Positions 27,786 to 38,647 of a stretch of 64,000 nucleotides of DNA are shown here, piece by piece. Source of the stretch: a virus. Position 1 is the first letter of the stretch. Each line of letters opens with the position of its first letter. The notes beneath the pieces were generated by a model. That model saw nothing but the letters and a program-made list of their open reading frames with translations. It was not told the origin of the DNA and did no database searches. The position numbers were made by a program, and so were the translations under genes. The stretch covers positions 1-64,000 of IMG/VR virus record IMGVR_UViG_3300045988_181536. One strand, written 5' to 3'.

Positions 27786-28496
27786 ATGGGAACTCCAAAA
27801 GATAAAACAACATCAACATTTGAATTAGAAGTCTTAAATAAAGAATTAGGATGTTTTCCTAATTTGGATATTTTAAATTTAAGACGAATATTTTTAATGT
27901 TAACAAAAATATTTTTTTCCGATAAAGAGAATTTTAAAACATACCTGGAAGATACTGCCAATAAGTTTGACTATACTTATAGTGACTATGTGCTTGATCC
28001 GGATGGCAAAAATAAAACCATTATTGATATTACTTCGGATTATAATTATTTAGATGATGCGGCTAAACTTGAATATTTAGGCAGTACGCAGAATCCTAAA
28101 ATTATTGTTTCTGTAGGTGACATTAGTTTGTCTGATATTGGAACTCTTGCAAACAGAACTAGAATGTTTGAGGATAACTCCGGTTATATGATGGGGTTAA
28201 ACGCCACAACAACTGTATCATTTTCTTCTTATGCAACGACTTTAGGAGATTGTGCAGTTATGTCCCAATTATGCGCTGCGCATTTTACCGGATTAACGGA
28301 AATTTTATACAATTTATTAAGGCTTAAAAAATATTTGCCTTTAAAAATATCCACTCCCAGGGCTATTAATTCTGAACAAAATAAAAAGATGTTTCGCTCG
28401 GATTTTACTTTGCAATTAAATTGGGAGGCCGCTTGGAGAACAAGAATTGAATCTGCAAGACTTAGAAAGCTTGCTATTGAGCTTAATGCTCACTAA
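27786..28496 (+). CDS. hypothetical structural protein
   Basis: I chose the ATG at 27786, directly after the upstream TAA, over the overlapping track start 27768. Confidence 0.4.
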   Translation: MGTPKDKTTSTFELEVLNKELGCFPNLDILNLRRIFLMLTKIFFSDKENFKTYLEDTANKFDYTYSDYVLDPDGKNKTIIDITSDYNYLDDAAKLEYLGSTQNPKIIVSVGDISLSDIGTLANRTRMFEDNSGYMMGLNATTTVSFSSYATTLGDCAVMSQLCAAHFTGLTEILYNLLRLKKYLPLKISTPRAINSEQNKKMFRSDFTLQLNWEAAWRTRIESARLRKLAIELNAH

Positions 28497-28541
28497 TTAT
28501 TTAACTATTGCTTTTTTAAGAAAATTGCTGTTGAATTTAAA

Positions 28542-28559
28542 TATTAAAAAATAAATAAA
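28542..28559 (+). promoter_or_regulatory. 18-nt perfect palindrome taaataaacgtttattta, 15 nt upstream of the sheath-gene start
   Basis: Read directly. Confidence 0.35.
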
Positions 28560-28573
28560 CGTTTATTTACGCT

Positions 28574-30103
28574 ATGATTCAGAATTATTCAGAACATAAA
28601 CCTCAGATGTTGATTTATAACAACAGAGAGGTAGTCTCGGATGGGACAGCGGATCGTAATTCCGCCTGCTTAGTTGGCGTGTGCAGACCGTCATTTACGA
28701 CTAAAAATTTCCTATCGCAGATGGTTCCCGTTACCGAGTTAACTGTTGCAGAATTAGGTGAAGAGGATGAATCTATTACGCTTCCGTTATCTAATTTTAC
28801 GCCAGTCTCGGATTTCTTACAGCAGTTTGTAGATACAAATCAAATTCAATATGTAGATGCCAATGAGAGTCCCGTTGCACACACTTGGATTACAGCAAGC
28901 AAAGGTACAAATGGCGTTATTAGTTTAACTATAACAAAACTTGGAGAGGAAGAAACTCGTCCTGATGTTTATATTAGTCTGCCTAAACTTGCTTTTAATG
29001 TTAATTTTAATAATCCAAGCAACCCCATTTCCATTCAAGCAATCAATTCACCCTCGGATATTACGACTTATCTCGGGTTAGTAGATAGTGATCCTTCGGA
29101 TGAGGACTTTAATAGTTTAGCGTTTGCAGCAACCTTAGGATATACTGCAGGGGAAGGAAACGGATTTTATGTAGACGCTATTGATAGGACTTTCCAAACT
29201 TTAGACTCCGATGAAGCAGCAGCTGAATTAGCGGCTTACAACGCCTCATTTAATAAATTATCACGAACAGATTTATTTATGAATTTGTGGTGTGATACTG
29301 ATACTTTAAGTGTGCTAAATTCAGCTAAATCTTATGTGATTCAAGCTTCACAGCCTGATGTACAAAGATGGCGCGGCCTTTACGCTTCAACAGCTACTAC
29401 AGATGACCAAGGAGCAGCAGCTATTAGTCGAAGCACCAAATGGGCTTATAATGGTGTAGTAAACGTTTGGTCTCCCGGTGCTTATTATCTAATGACCGCA
29501 GATGACGGTACTACCCAAGAAGTACCTTTGGCAAACAAGTATATTGCCGCCGGTATAGCATGTATGCGAGCTAACCTGCTCCCACAGCAAGGCATGTCAA
29601 GGATGGAAATCTCATGGATTTCTTCGGTGCCTGCAGCGTATGCTTCTTGGACAGATACGCAATTAAACAATGTTGCTGCAAACGGCGTTTGGATTATCGC
29701 TCAAGATGACGATAGAACGGTGCCCTATGTCCGCCATCAGTTAACTACGGATTCGTCTCACGGTGTGTTATACTATGAAGATAACATTCGAGATATTGTC
29801 TATAATGTTAATTATGGTGTAAAAGATTTATTCAGAGATTACCCAGGAAGACGAAACATAACCCGCAGTTTACTGCAGGAACTGGAAAACCGTTTAGGCG
29901 ATTATTTGCTTTCGTTAACCCAGGAAGGTTCTTCGGTGGAGGAACGACGCATTGGTCCAATGCTTGTTGATGTAGATTTGGATTCCATAACTGCGGTACG
30001 AGATAGCCAGTTTGCCGATAGAGTAAATCTTTCCGGAGATTATTATGTTGCAACTTCCTTAAATGTGTTAAAGATTTCTCTTAATACATATTTGGGACTT
30101 TAA
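28574..30103 (+). CDS. putative contractile tail sheath protein
   Basis: 509 aa, immediately followed by a 154-aa tube-size gene. Assigned by size and order only. Confidence 0.45.
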   Translation: MIQNYSEHKPQMLIYNNREVVSDGTADRNSACLVGVCRPSFTTKNFLSQMVPVTELTVAELGEEDESITLPLSNFTPVSDFLQQFVDTNQIQYVDANESPVAHTWITASKGTNGVISLTITKLGEEETRPDVYISLPKLAFNVNFNNPSNPISIQAINSPSDITTYLGLVDSDPSDEDFNSLAFAATLGYTAGEGNGFYVDAIDRTFQTLDSDEAAAELAAYNASFNKLSRTDLFMNLWCDTDTLSVLNSAKSYVIQASQPDVQRWRGLYASTATTDDQGAAAISRSTKWAYNGVVNVWSPGAYYLMTADDGTTQEVPLANKYIAAGIACMRANLLPQQGMSRMEISWISSVPAAYASWTDTQLNNVAANGVWIIAQDDDRTVPYVRHQLTTDSSHGVLYYEDNIRDIVYNVNYGVKDLFRDYPGRRNITRSLLQELENRLGDYLLSLTQEGSSVEERRIGPMLVDVDLDSITAVRDSQFADRVNLSGDYYVATSLNVLKISLNTYLGL

Positions 30104-30118
30104 TTTAGGAGATTTATA

Positions 30119-30583
30119 ATGGCAGTTACAAACGTTTTAGGTTATAATACCAATGTTAAGACCGGCGAAATCATTGCTTCAAGAAATGCTTCGATAGATT
30201 TAGGCAACGGTCACATTGCGCTGGTGCAAAGTTTCCAAGGTTCAACCCAACACCAAGTGCAACCAGTATATGAAGTAGGATCTTCAGCTGTATATTTGGT
30301 TATGGGTAATCCGTCGGCGCAATTTACTTGCACAGCTCTGGTGAGCAAAGAAGGATTTTTCTCGCCCTTTGCTGACATTGCAGCTGGCGCCGCTTGTGGT
30401 ACACTTCGCAATATCAATGTTAATCTTGGCAGCGAACTTGAATGTGATCCGAAGATTACGAGCAGAGCTACGGCTAAGTTTACAGGAGCTATACTACAAA
30501 GTCTTTCCTTCTCTTTACAAGCTGGCCAACTTCAGATAACACAAACAGCAGATTTTATAGCAGGCAGCTTGGATGTTATTTAA
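30119..30583 (+). CDS. putative tail tube protein
   Basis: 154 aa. SD aggag lies 8 nt upstream. The position after the sheath gene and the following terminator indicate high expression. Confidence 0.45.
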   Translation: MAVTNVLGYNTNVKTGEIIASRNASIDLGNGHIALVQSFQGSTQHQVQPVYEVGSSAVYLVMGNPSAQFTCTALVSKEGFFSPFADIAAGAACGTLRNINVNLGSELECDPKITSRATAKFTGAILQSLSFSLQAGQLQITQTADFIAGSLDVI

Positions 30584-30665
30584 AAACATAGGGGTTTTTT
30601 GGGTGTTTCCTCCTTTCTTCCCGTTGTTTTACCCTATGTTTAAATAAAACCTATAAAAAGGTTTG

Positions 30666-30700
30666 CAACCTTTGAGATTTTTCTCAAAGGTTGTTTTGTA
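30666..30700 (+). terminator. rho-independent terminator (caacctttgaga tttt tctcaaaggttg + ttttgtat)
   Basis: 12-bp perfect stem read directly, after the tube gene. Confidence 0.55.
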
Positions 30701-30722
30701 TATATAAATATCCGCTAATTTC

Positions 30723-33128
30723 ATGAGTACACCAGAAAATAGAAGCATTTTTTCCAAACTTTATCCAAATGTACATTTGTTTAATGCTAAAGTACAGGGA
30801 GTGACACCCGAACAAAATACAGTTTATGTTATAGATGACCAAGGAAACACTACGAAAGCTACCATTATTGTGAATATGTTTACTCAAATGATGGGGCTTT
30901 CCGGTATGGCATTTCCTGAAAAAAATACGGAAGTTGTTGTTCTGTCATGTCCGGGTAAAAATAACGTGCAAAATAATTTTGTTATTGGATTTTTACCTTC
31001 TGCAATGCAGAAAATTGATCCAACTTTGTCTGGTACAAATTACATCGGTTCAGATAAATCTTCTTATTCAGGTATAGCATTTGAGCAGCGTGATGAAAAT
31101 AATAAAGAAGGAGTCTTGCGTACTACAGGAACATACCCAACGAATTTAGTTGATGGAGAATCCGCATATGTCACCAAAACAGGCGCAGGGGTGGAATTTT
31201 TATACAATCTTTGCAGACTTAAAGGTTCGGAATTAGCTATGATTGAAGCTTATATTCTGGATGATTTGGTTAGGATTTTAAGTCGAAATTTTGAACACTT
31301 AACTTCTTTTGGTGATTTTAAAATTATTAATTCAGGAGGAGGTTTAAATGTTTTATGGCAGGGAACTTCTAATGAATATGAAGCATTAGGATCAGATGCG
31401 GAAGGCGAACCCCCTGATGGATTTGAAATAGGGGAAAAAGATAATTTAAATGTAGATCCTGATGATGAAAGCAATTTTCTTTGGGACGCTAAATGGAGAT
31501 TTACCAAGTATATAGGCAAAATAGGTAATTTTATACATACCTACATAACTGATCCCGGTAAAAATTTAGTTTCGGAAAATGAAGCTAATCAATTTAAAGC
31601 CGGTCGCTATAATTTTCACGTTAATCAAGACGGATCAGTAGTTATGCAGTCTATCAGCGATATTGTCTTTGAAAAGACTGTGCGTATACCTGTTCCGGTT
31701 GCAAATGATAGACTGGAAGCAATACAGGCGGCTACAAATGAGCAACTAAATGCTTATGAAGTTTGGACGCCTTTGGAAGGAGAAGAATTATATGAAACTT
31801 CTTATAAGCTTGCTGATTATACTAAATGGTTAAGCAATTATTATGCATTAGCAGGTTTTTATGCAGCTAATGTTTTTAATATTCCAAGCGAGGCGGAATC
31901 TCCCGAACCTGATCCTTATTGTAAGGATAGAAATTTCCAAGAGCAAAATGGGGGTGGCAATTATCATACTCAATTTACGAAGATGTTGCAGGCCTATGCA
32001 ACAATACGTATCTTTAAAGACGGTTCGATTGTGTTATATGATGCTTATGGCAGCGCAGTACACATGACTGCAGGCCATGTTAATATTAGCGCTGCACGTT
32101 CAATTAATTTAACTGCTGCGGAAAATGTCAATATAACTGCCGGACGTGATGTTATTGTAAATGCCGGAAATAATATTGAATTGTCCGCTATGTTTAAGGG
32201 TATTTTATTAAAGGCGAGAACTTGGCTTGAAATGTTATGTTCAAAAGGGGCGGTAGTTATCGAATCCGCCATGACCAAAGACCAAGAGCAGCAAGCGCAA
32301 GATAGCGATGACGAAGAATATTTAAAGAGATTAAAAAATGCTAACGGTAATGGGATTATTTTGACAACATCACATGGCGGAAGTAGTAAAAAAGATGGTG
32401 CTGGTATTAGTTTAAGGACTAATGGTACGTTATTTGAAGATGCATATTATTATGCTAATAGGTGTAAGTATGTTTTATTTGATTTGATGGCAGGCATAGG
32501 ACAGTTTGTTATAGGTAATGCTTTAAGTGTAATAAATAGCACATTAAAGTTAAATGCGTTTAAAACTATGGCTAATGTATTTTATGCTAAGTCTATTTAT
32601 ACACAACAACGTAAACCTGCAATTGTAATGGGTTCTGAACAAGAAACGCTGGTTAATTACGATCAAAACGATGCCAATTATCCAAGCGGCACGGGGTTTG
32701 AAACCACAGGGGAGTCAGATACTGCAGATATAAACCAAATGAAAGAATACGTGTATTTCAATCCAACAAACGGTTGGTTTAGCACTTATAACGCTCAGTT
32801 TGAGTACAGAGACACAATGTATTATAATACCCAAATTGATGATAAAAATGATAAGTTATTTGAGCCTTTGACCTATCAAAAAATTAATAATGACAGTTCA
32901 AAAAATTATCAATCTTTCGATATGTCAGATCTTACTGATGATATTTCTGTTGCGACACGCAAGACCCCGTATCCTGGAAAGAATGTCAATGTAAATACTT
33001 ATTCCCCAAGCAATACAGATTTAAATAAACCTTGCGCAAATAAAGGAGAATCTCTATTGACAAATAACAATGAAATTGAGAAAACAAGCTATTCTTTAAA
33101 ACAATATAACCCTGAAAATTTTTTATAA
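30723..33128 (+). CDS. baseplate central spike/hub protein (gpV/gp5/VgrG-like OB-fold N-terminus with beta-helical repeats)
   Basis: MAFPEKNTEVVVLSCPGKNNVQNNFVIGFLPS resembles the gpV/gp5 OB-fold block. HMTAGHVNISAARSINLTAAENVNITAGRDVIVNAGNNIELSA is a beta-helix-like repeat. Confidence 0.5.
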   Translation: MSTPENRSIFSKLYPNVHLFNAKVQGVTPEQNTVYVIDDQGNTTKATIIVNMFTQMMGLSGMAFPEKNTEVVVLSCPGKNNVQNNFVIGFLPSAMQKIDPTLSGTNYIGSDKSSYSGIAFEQRDENNKEGVLRTTGTYPTNLVDGESAYVTKTGAGVEFLYNLCRLKGSELAMIEAYILDDLVRILSRNFEHLTSFGDFKIINSGGGLNVLWQGTSNEYEALGSDAEGEPPDGFEIGEKDNLNVDPDDESNFLWDAKWRFTKYIGKIGNFIHTYITDPGKNLVSENEANQFKAGRYNFHVNQDGSVVMQSISDIVFEKTVRIPVPVANDRLEAIQAATNEQLNAYEVWTPLEGEELYETSYKLADYTKWLSNYYALAGFYAANVFNIPSEAESPEPDPYCKDRNFQEQNGGGNYHTQFTKMLQAYATIRIFKDGSIVLYDAYGSAVHMTAGHVNISAARSINLTAAENVNITAGRDVIVNAGNNIELSAMFKGILLKARTWLEMLCSKGAVVIESAMTKDQEQQAQDSDDEEYLKRLKNANGNGIILTTSHGGSSKKDGAGISLRTNGTLFEDAYYYANRCKYVLFDLMAGIGQFVIGNALSVINSTLKLNAFKTMANVFYAKSIYTQQRKPAIVMGSEQETLVNYDQNDANYPSGTGFETTGESDTADINQMKEYVYFNPTNGWFSTYNAQFEYRDTMYYNTQIDDKNDKLFEPLTYQKINNDSSKNYQSFDMSDLTDDISVATRKTPYPGKNVNVNTYSPSNTDLNKPCANKGESLLTNNNEIEKTSYSLKQYNPENFL

Positions 33129-33130
33129 AA

Positions 33131-33922
33131 ATGGAAAACAATAACGAAACAAATAAGACGGAAACTCCAACAATAACTGATGAGGATGTTATAAATTATA
33201 TCACTCAGCAAAAAGAAGCTTCTAACGAGAAATATAAAGTTACTGAAATTGATGAAAATACAAAGAGTATTCAGTTGGATAAAGAAGTTGCGAAAGACTT
33301 TATTGATACTGTAAAGTTTAATAAAGGTGATATAGCCGCAATCTTAAAAGATGAACAAGACGCGGAATCTCAGACTATTAACAGAGTGAAAGTTGAGCAG
33401 GATGCTGCATTTAATTTTAGTGCTTTGTATTCTGAAAAACTTAAGAAGCAATTAGATAAGGTTACTATAACTGATGCGGAAAAAGATAAGTATATAGCTT
33501 ACATTTTAAGTGAACAACCTATCTTTTTAGACGTAACTTATGCCAAGCTTAAAAATATTTCTTTTACATTTAGGTCGAAGTTTGTTTATGAGCAAGAATA
33601 TATCGCTAAATTTATAAAAGAAACGCTTTTATCAGAAAAAGGCAAATCTATGACTCCTGATGAGATGTGCATTTTTATTTTTAAAACTAATGTAGCAATA
33701 ATTTTACAGCAGGTAAATAATGTTGATTTTTTTAAGAAAAAACTTCCCATAAATTTAACAGATATAATATCTTATGGAGAATTTATTGATATAATTTCTG
33801 CCAGAATTGATCAATTAAGTAGGTTAGGTCAACAATTTTGGTCATTAATAGTAAATGCCGCTTGTGTTTTTGAGAAAAAGGAACAACTTCTAGCGGAATT
33901 TTTTGTTAATGAGGATTTTTAA
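33131..33922 (+). CDS. hypothetical protein (tail assembly chaperone candidate)
   Basis: 263 aa, acidic and helical. Its position upstream of the tape-measure-like gene is the only basis. Confidence 0.35.
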   Translation: MENNNETNKTETPTITDEDVINYITQQKEASNEKYKVTEIDENTKSIQLDKEVAKDFIDTVKFNKGDIAAILKDEQDAESQTINRVKVEQDAAFNFSALYSEKLKKQLDKVTITDAEKDKYIAYILSEQPIFLDVTYAKLKNISFTFRSKFVYEQEYIAKFIKETLLSEKGKSMTPDEMCIFIFKTNVAIILQQVNNVDFFKKKLPINLTDIISYGEFIDIISARIDQLSRLGQQFWSLIVNAACVFEKKEQLLAEFFVNEDF

Positions 33923-33925
33923 AAA

Positions 33926-33972
33926 CCCCTAAATATCGAATTTGGCTTACGCTTTATTTAGGGGGTTATTTT
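33926..33972 (+). terminator. hairpin (cccctaaata ... tatttagggg, 19-nt loop) followed by ttattttaaa
   Basis: 10-bp perfect stem read directly. The large loop lowers confidence. Confidence 0.35.
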
Positions 33973-34062
33973 AAACCGGAGACAATTTGTAGGCATTCAA
34001 ACGTCAGAGATGCAATAATTTTTAAAGCGCTTACAAGGCAATTTAACACTCAGTCTACTCAA

Positions 34063-34329
34063 GTGGGTATTGATATTGATGTACACCACTTGGTTAATAG
34101 TACAGGAGAGTTGCAAGCGAAGCAGAATTTGCTTAATATTAATAAAAAACTTGATACATTATTTAATTTGAAAACACATAATACTGAAGCATTAAAACAA
34201 AATAAGCGTATAGATGCAGTGGCTAAACGTTTAGGATTGACGGGCATTGCAGAAATCGATGAAATGCTTAAACTATACGATGCTTTAGATAAAGCAGGCC
34301 TTGTAAAAATGAGAAAACCAACAGATTAA
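34063..34329 (+). CDS. small hypothetical protein (GTG start)
   Basis: 88-aa ORF ending 1 nt before the next gene. No ATG start is available, so this is tentative. Confidence 0.3.
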   Translation: MGIDIDVHHLVNSTGELQAKQNLLNINKKLDTLFNLKTHNTEALKQNKRIDAVAKRLGLTGIAEIDEMLKLYDALDKAGLVKMRKPTD

Positions 34330-34330
34330 A

Positions 34331-36298
34331 ATGCCTACCTCTTCTTCAGATAATTCTAGCACATCTGCTACATCGGCTTTGGAAAGCTTTGATTTTGATG
34401 GGTTAGTGCGTAATATATTTGGTCTTGTTTCCAACTATTTTAGCGATCCCTCTATTACCACGGGCATTAGTCAAGTAGCTTCCGATGCCATACGTAATGC
34501 GATTAATGGTGCAGTTTCCGACAATTCATCAAGAGGTATGCCTGGGATGTTGGGAAGAATATCAGGGTTATCAAATTCACCAACGTTATCTTCAATTGGC
34601 AATTTAATGTCTATGAATCCGTTTCTTGCAAGATTAACTGGATCTTCAGATGTACGTATTGCACAGGAAGTAGCGGGGGCAATAGGCAGGCGTAATTTCG
34701 GGATGCTTAACTCTCCCATGAGGGAAGTAAATGCCTTAATAGCCGGTGCTAATATACAGGACTTTTGGCAAGGATTTGCAGATAGCAATTCTCCTTTTAA
34801 AAAAGGTATGAATCAATCACATGCGTTTTTGGCGGCCAATTGGCTAAACCAATCCGGCGCCATTGGACAAGCGCAAATTACGGATGCTAAAGGCATGGGC
34901 GGCGAGTCGGAAAAGCTTATGTCGTCTGCCATGGAAATGTTGTCCATAGGAAAAAATATTTTAGGCATGGGAGACGATGTTTATGCTATTTTAAATCAAG
35001 TGTCAGTATTAGGTGGTGGTAAAGGAAAACAATTTGAAGAGGCTGCATCTCGTTTTAAAGATTATATTTCTCAATTAGTTGCAGAAGGATTAGACATGGC
35101 TGAAATTCAATCAGCTATAACTCATGCTAATGGTCAAATCCAAACAATGATGGCTGCAGGTTATGATGCAACAACAGCTGCCGCATATGCACGTCAATCT
35201 ACAGCAGCTGCTTTCTCTGTGGCTAAAGAAATGCAAGGAAAGGGCAAAGAATATAATGCTGGGGCTGAAGCAAATAAAACCAATGCACAAATGGCCGCAG
35301 TAGACGCTCAGTCCGAAGGTATTTCGTTAAATGCTCAAGCTGTGACTTTAAATATGATGAAGTCAAGGGGCTTGATAACTGAAGAGCAATCACAGCGTTT
35401 GAGCGAGCTAATGGCAAGCGGAAACCTTACAGATGATAATTTAAAATCAATTTTAGGTGCCAATTACGCCAAATTTAATCAATTTTATCAAGGTGTTGTT
35501 AAGCACGGTTCACAAGATCCTGCAAAGTTGGCAAGTATGGCGGATAAAGGCTTTTTTGGGGCCGCTGCAAGAGAAGCTAAAGGGGCTATGGTACTATCCC
35601 AAATGGATGAATCTGTGCGTTATTTTGCAGGAGACTTTGGGGAGAAAAATAGACAAGAGATATTGGATGCTTATGAAAGAATTAAATCAGGCAATTATAG
35701 TGAAGCAGACTTAGATTTAATGGAAGCGTCTATGCCTGGAGTTGGCAATAACATTGCAGCATGGGCGCGTCTTAGAACTCAGCAGAAACAAGGGCGTGAA
35801 CGTACGGAAGCTTTAATGAATGCAGTTGGGGCTAAAAAGATTTCTAAAATTGATATTTTATCTTCGGATGATTTTAAAAAGATGCAAGATGCCGTAAAAA
35901 AGCTTAACGGTGGTGAAGGTCAAATTATGACCATGGAGAATTATGATGAAGCTTTGGCAAATACCGGCATGACGCAAGAAAAATTGGATAAGTTATTTGA
36001 ATCAAAAGCTTTAAAAGATAAAGACTATGTAAAGATTACAGGCGAAGATAACAAAGACTATTATATGGATAGGTATGGCAATGCTTGGTCTGTAGATGAA
36101 GAAACAAAAAAGAAATTAGATGAAGAAAAGAATAAGAAAGAGGAAAACCCCATAGTTGCAGTTTTGCAAGAAATAGTGAATCTTATGAAGACTATTTATG
36201 ACGAATTTAAAGGACCAGACTCTCAGCAATCGGAAAATAATTTAGAAGCTAGAAAGAAAGAAGAAGCTGCAGGTAAAAAACCACCTGAACAAAATTAA
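34331..36298 (+). CDS. putative tape measure protein
   Basis: 655 aa. Ala/Gly/Met/Ser-rich, helical and low-complexity. Lies in the tail module upstream of baseplate-type genes. Confidence 0.45.
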   Translation: MPTSSSDNSSTSATSALESFDFDGLVRNIFGLVSNYFSDPSITTGISQVASDAIRNAINGAVSDNSSRGMPGMLGRISGLSNSPTLSSIGNLMSMNPFLARLTGSSDVRIAQEVAGAIGRRNFGMLNSPMREVNALIAGANIQDFWQGFADSNSPFKKGMNQSHAFLAANWLNQSGAIGQAQITDAKGMGGESEKLMSSAMEMLSIGKNILGMGDDVYAILNQVSVLGGGKGKQFEEAASRFKDYISQLVAEGLDMAEIQSAITHANGQIQTMMAAGYDATTAAAYARQSTAAAFSVAKEMQGKGKEYNAGAEANKTNAQMAAVDAQSEGISLNAQAVTLNMMKSRGLITEEQSQRLSELMASGNLTDDNLKSILGANYAKFNQFYQGVVKHGSQDPAKLASMADKGFFGAAAREAKGAMVLSQMDESVRYFAGDFGEKNRQEILDAYERIKSGNYSEADLDLMEASMPGVGNNIAAWARLRTQQKQGRERTEALMNAVGAKKISKIDILSSDDFKKMQDAVKKLNGGEGQIMTMENYDEALANTGMTQEKLDKLFESKALKDKDYVKITGEDNKDYYMDRYGNAWSVDEETKKKLDEEKNKKEENPIVAVLQEIVNLMKTIYDEFKGPDSQQSENNLEARKKEEAAGKKPPEQN

Positions 36299-36306
36299 GT
36301 ATACTT

Positions 36307-36747
36307 ATGGCAACGAGTTTTTTTGGCACTAAAGGATGCTACTATTTAATATATAAAGCTGGAGGAAGCCCCTATTATCAGCTTAATCCTTCTATTTCAG
36401 GGCGAGGATTTTTTATTACCAGAGCTACAACAAACGGCTCTGATAATATTGCATTAAATTTATGTTTTAATGATATTCGCGTGGCATCTGCTACAGGTAA
36501 ATCATTTGGAAGAACTATAGTAGAGGGGATAGCTTTGTTGGGGCCTGTGACTTCACCCGCTTCTTCTGAATCTAGGATTCAAAATTATTATAACACAAAT
36601 CGATTTTCTCAAAGTGGTAAACCGATAACGTTATCGACTATAGGAGGCGGAACACATAAATTTTTATTGCAGAATTATGCTATTCAAGGTGTAGACGATA
36701 AATTTAATATTTTAAGTTTTAGCTTAGATGGTATTAGCCTGGATTAG
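36307..36747 (+). CDS. hypothetical tail/baseplate protein
   Basis: 146 aa. Confidence 0.4.
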   Translation: MATSFFGTKGCYYLIYKAGGSPYYQLNPSISGRGFFITRATTNGSDNIALNLCFNDIRVASATGKSFGRTIVEGIALLGPVTSPASSESRIQNYYNTNRFSQSGKPITLSTIGGGTHKFLLQNYAIQGVDDKFNILSFSLDGISLD

Positions 36748-36752
36748 TTATT

Positions 36753-37196
36753 ATGATTAACGTATTTTTTCACAATATTTCTACAAATGAATTTATGGAT
36801 GATGGAGTTGTTTTAAATAACTCCAAATTGCCTGCAGAAGGTACTGATCTAAGGATTATTTTTGATGGATTGGATTTAAATAATGATTTTTATAATCGGT
36901 TATACATTGCATACATAAATGCATTTCCTTGGATAGAAGAAAAATTGGATCCCTTAAATTGGCAAAATAAAACTTATATTCCATCTTTATTGTCCTTTCC
37001 TTCAAACGGCACTATTAATAATAGCTATAAAACACCCAAACAGATTTTGGATAGTTTAAATTCTAAATCTTTGCATAAGGTTTTATCTGATGTAGGTTAT
37101 TATTCCGATTATATTGCAGCTGATACTTATGAAGAAAAATTATGCTGGCTGCTTTTATCGGTTGCGATGCAAACTAAATTTTATACATCTGATTAG
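36753..37196 (+). CDS. hypothetical tail/baseplate protein
   Basis: 147 aa. Confidence 0.4.
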   Translation: MINVFFHNISTNEFMDDGVVLNNSKLPAEGTDLRIIFDGLDLNNDFYNRLYIAYINAFPWIEEKLDPLNWQNKTYIPSLLSFPSNGTINNSYKTPKQILDSLNSKSLHKVLSDVGYYSDYIAADTYEEKLCWLLLSVAMQTKFYTSD

Positions 37197-37198
37197 TT

Positions 37199-38647
37199 AT
37201 GGCAGACATTCTTCGTAAGCCTACTGTTACCGTAAATGGATATAAATGCGTATCCGCTCAGGTATCTTGTATGTTAAATCGCCCTATTATAGTAAATGCT
37301 ACAGTATGCTCAGGCGACACAGATGGTGGTATTCTTACTACAGATGACATAATGAATTTAGCCAAAGAGATGCAGGCTAAAATCTTTGAAGATCCATCTG
37401 AAGGAGATTTGCAACTAAGTATGTCTGATGGCGAAAGCGGTACTTTAAATTATAACAGGTTAATTATTACGTCTTGTGATGTTGTGGCGGCGACCTCTGG
37501 TGGTTTAATGGCAACTATTACAGCTACAAGTCCAGATATTTTGGCAGATTTGGTAGATCCTTCTGTTTATATGAAGTATGTGGATACAGCGAATGTTATG
37601 TTTAAAACTGCTAGCGATTATAAAGGCTCAAAAGCCCAAGATCATTTTTGGGTATATCAGTTGCAAGATAAAGGCGGAAATAATTTGTCTGTTGCCAATA
37701 AATTATTAAAACTTTTAGAAAACGCCAAAGATAAATATAGATTTAGGGAAGATGGACTGACTGAGGGAACGAAAGCTGCAGTTAATTCACAAAAGGCTAT
37801 TAACAATTCCTTTTTTAAATACGTTCGGCAATTTTTACGGGAAAGCGACGACACCACTCGTGTATTAAACGGTAAGGCAGAAATTAACGACACGGTTAAT
37901 CGGGCAATTTATAATACATTGGCGCATAACATGTTTGAAATTGGGGGTGGTGTATTCTCCAAACTATTAAATTATATTACTTCAGAATTTTTACTTTGGT
38001 ATATTCCCAACCATAAAACTGGAGAAATAGGAATTTTAAAAAATTGGGATTATGAAGGTAACGACATGCAAACCATTTCGGTTCCAATTTCCACCGCAAA
38101 ATTAGCCATAGGACGAGCTTTAGGCAATGATTTGCCTCCAACTTTAGTTGTTGCAGAATCTCCATTGGTATTTACACAACATGAAATTGCGGAAAACTAT
38201 TCCGCATGGATTTCAGGTAGTTATCCGGAAAAAGCGGAAACTAAACTAGGTAAAGTATATAATATTCAAGCGCCACGTTGGTTTTCGGTTGGCCAAGATG
38301 TAAGTCCGAATAAACCTGCAAATAAATTAAATGTCGGAAGAAATCCCAGTCAAACAATTGAAACGGCGGATAAGGCACAAAAACAAATAAGTAAAAATGC
38401 TAAATCAAGCAATCAAGCTTTAACTTATTTAGCCAAACAATCATTTTTTAAATATAAATTTGGTACTTCTGTTGCCGGTATAACTTGCCCATTTCAATCA
38501 AATATTGACGCAAATATCGGCGATTTTGTTCAGGTTAATGCTGAAGGTGGGGGTAAAATCTTACAAGGCATTTTGTCTACTGTAACCCATAACCTTTCTA
38601 CAGGATCTCTTAGCACAGAGTTAGGTTTTACTCGCGTAGAGATTTAG
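37199..38647 (+). CDS. putative baseplate hub/wedge protein
   Basis: 482 aa. Assigned by its position after the TMP-like gene, as for gpD/gp27-class proteins. Confidence 0.4.
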   Translation: MADILRKPTVTVNGYKCVSAQVSCMLNRPIIVNATVCSGDTDGGILTTDDIMNLAKEMQAKIFEDPSEGDLQLSMSDGESGTLNYNRLIITSCDVVAATSGGLMATITATSPDILADLVDPSVYMKYVDTANVMFKTASDYKGSKAQDHFWVYQLQDKGGNNLSVANKLLKLLENAKDKYRFREDGLTEGTKAAVNSQKAINNSFFKYVRQFLRESDDTTRVLNGKAEINDTVNRAIYNTLAHNMFEIGGGVFSKLLNYITSEFLLWYIPNHKTGEIGILKNWDYEGNDMQTISVPISTAKLAIGRALGNDLPPTLVVAESPLVFTQHEIAENYSAWISGSYPEKAETKLGKVYNIQAPRWFSVGQDVSPNKPANKLNVGRNPSQTIETADKAQKQISKNAKSSNQALTYLAKQSFFKYKFGTSVAGITCPFQSNIDANIGDFVQVNAEGGGKILQGILSTVTHNLSTGSLSTELGFTRVEI

